NCBI GenBank assembly: GCA_963662265.2
Contig: CAXXHA010000029.1
Location: 128,001 to 192,000 of the forward strand
DNA length: 64,000 nt
Direction of reading: 5' to 3'
Source: Spirochaetia bacterium
Lineage (GTDB): Bacteria > Spirochaetota > Spirochaetia > CADAEX01
A model generated the notes under the pieces. It was not told the DNA's origin. It made no database searches and worked only from the letters and a program-made list of their open reading frames with translations. Positions 63,506 to 64,000 of this stretch are shown piece after piece. Within the stretch, counting starts at the first letter, position 1. Every line of letters begins with the position of its first letter. A program made the translations under genes and the position numbers.

Positions 63506-64000
63506 ATATAATATTTCTTCTTCTTATCCTGACTATTTTAGCAGGAACCGGTGTATATATATTTCTGCAGCTGAGGACTGATGAAATAACACACAAGGTG
63601 GAACAGCAGGAGGAAATTGTCTTAAATATTAATATCTGCGACAATGAAAAACTTCTTTTTTCAGAACTCCTTATATACAATACAAAAACACACAAAGCTG
63701 CGATTTTCAACATACCCGGCAATTACGGATCAATAATAGACAAGATCTCAAGAATTGCACGGATAGATGTGCTGTTTGACAATAAAAAACCGAAAGATTT
63801 TGTCGAGAAAATTGAAAAAATAACAGAACTTGAAATTCCCTATTATATAAATATTGATATAAAGAATGTCGCAAAAATAGTTGATCTTATATCAGGGCTT
63901 GATATTTTTATAGCAAATCCGGTTGAAAATATAACTGAAAAGGATATTGTCCTGTTACCGTCCGGAAGCAATATGCTTGACGGCGACAAGATTGTATCTT
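63478..64000 (+). CDS. LCP (LytR-CpsA-Psr) family protein, 5' part, truncated by the window edge
   Basis: MRRNSKPD, then a TM segment, IFNIPGN, KIVDLISGL, LPSGSNMLDGDK; open to the window end. Confidence 0.75.
   Translation, partial: MRRNSKPDINIIFLLLILTILAGTGVYIFLQLRTDEITHKVEQQEEIVLNINICDNEKLLFSELLIYNTKTHKAAIFNIPGNYGSIIDKISRIARIDVLFDNKKPKDFVEKIEKITELEIPYYINIDIKNVAKIVDLISGLDIFIANPVENITEKDIVLLPSGSNMLDGDKIVS

Overview
AT-rich bacterial chromosome segment, most likely from a free-living anaerobic spirochaete (inferred from the rplU-prp-rpmA-obgE-nadD-yqeK-LCP cluster and a DUF5312-like protein). It carries core genes (valS, proS, argS, apt, pyrE/pyrF, leuA, cimA, tRNA-Gln) and many transport and signalling genes (three ABC importers, three hybrid histidine kinases, EAL and HD-GYP proteins). 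No CRISPR array, prophage or intact transposase was seen. Top observations: (1) an MthK-like K+ channel fused to a complete hemerythrin domain, with an internal RBS and Met109, a candidate O2/redox-gated channel; (2) tandem PyrE domains with complementary losses of catalytic motifs, suggesting a single composite active site; (3) an unannotated Ile/Leu-rich leader peptide with a four-segment attenuator upstream of leuA-cimA; (4) a His-rich Fur-family operon with a palindrome over its own promoter, a methyltransferase and a metal-chelate ABC importer; (5) several small palindromic or MITE-like elements. Frameshifts cluster at 29.4-44.4 kb, mostly in homopolymers, and are probably assembly errors. 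All family assignments come from motif recognition; no database search was run.
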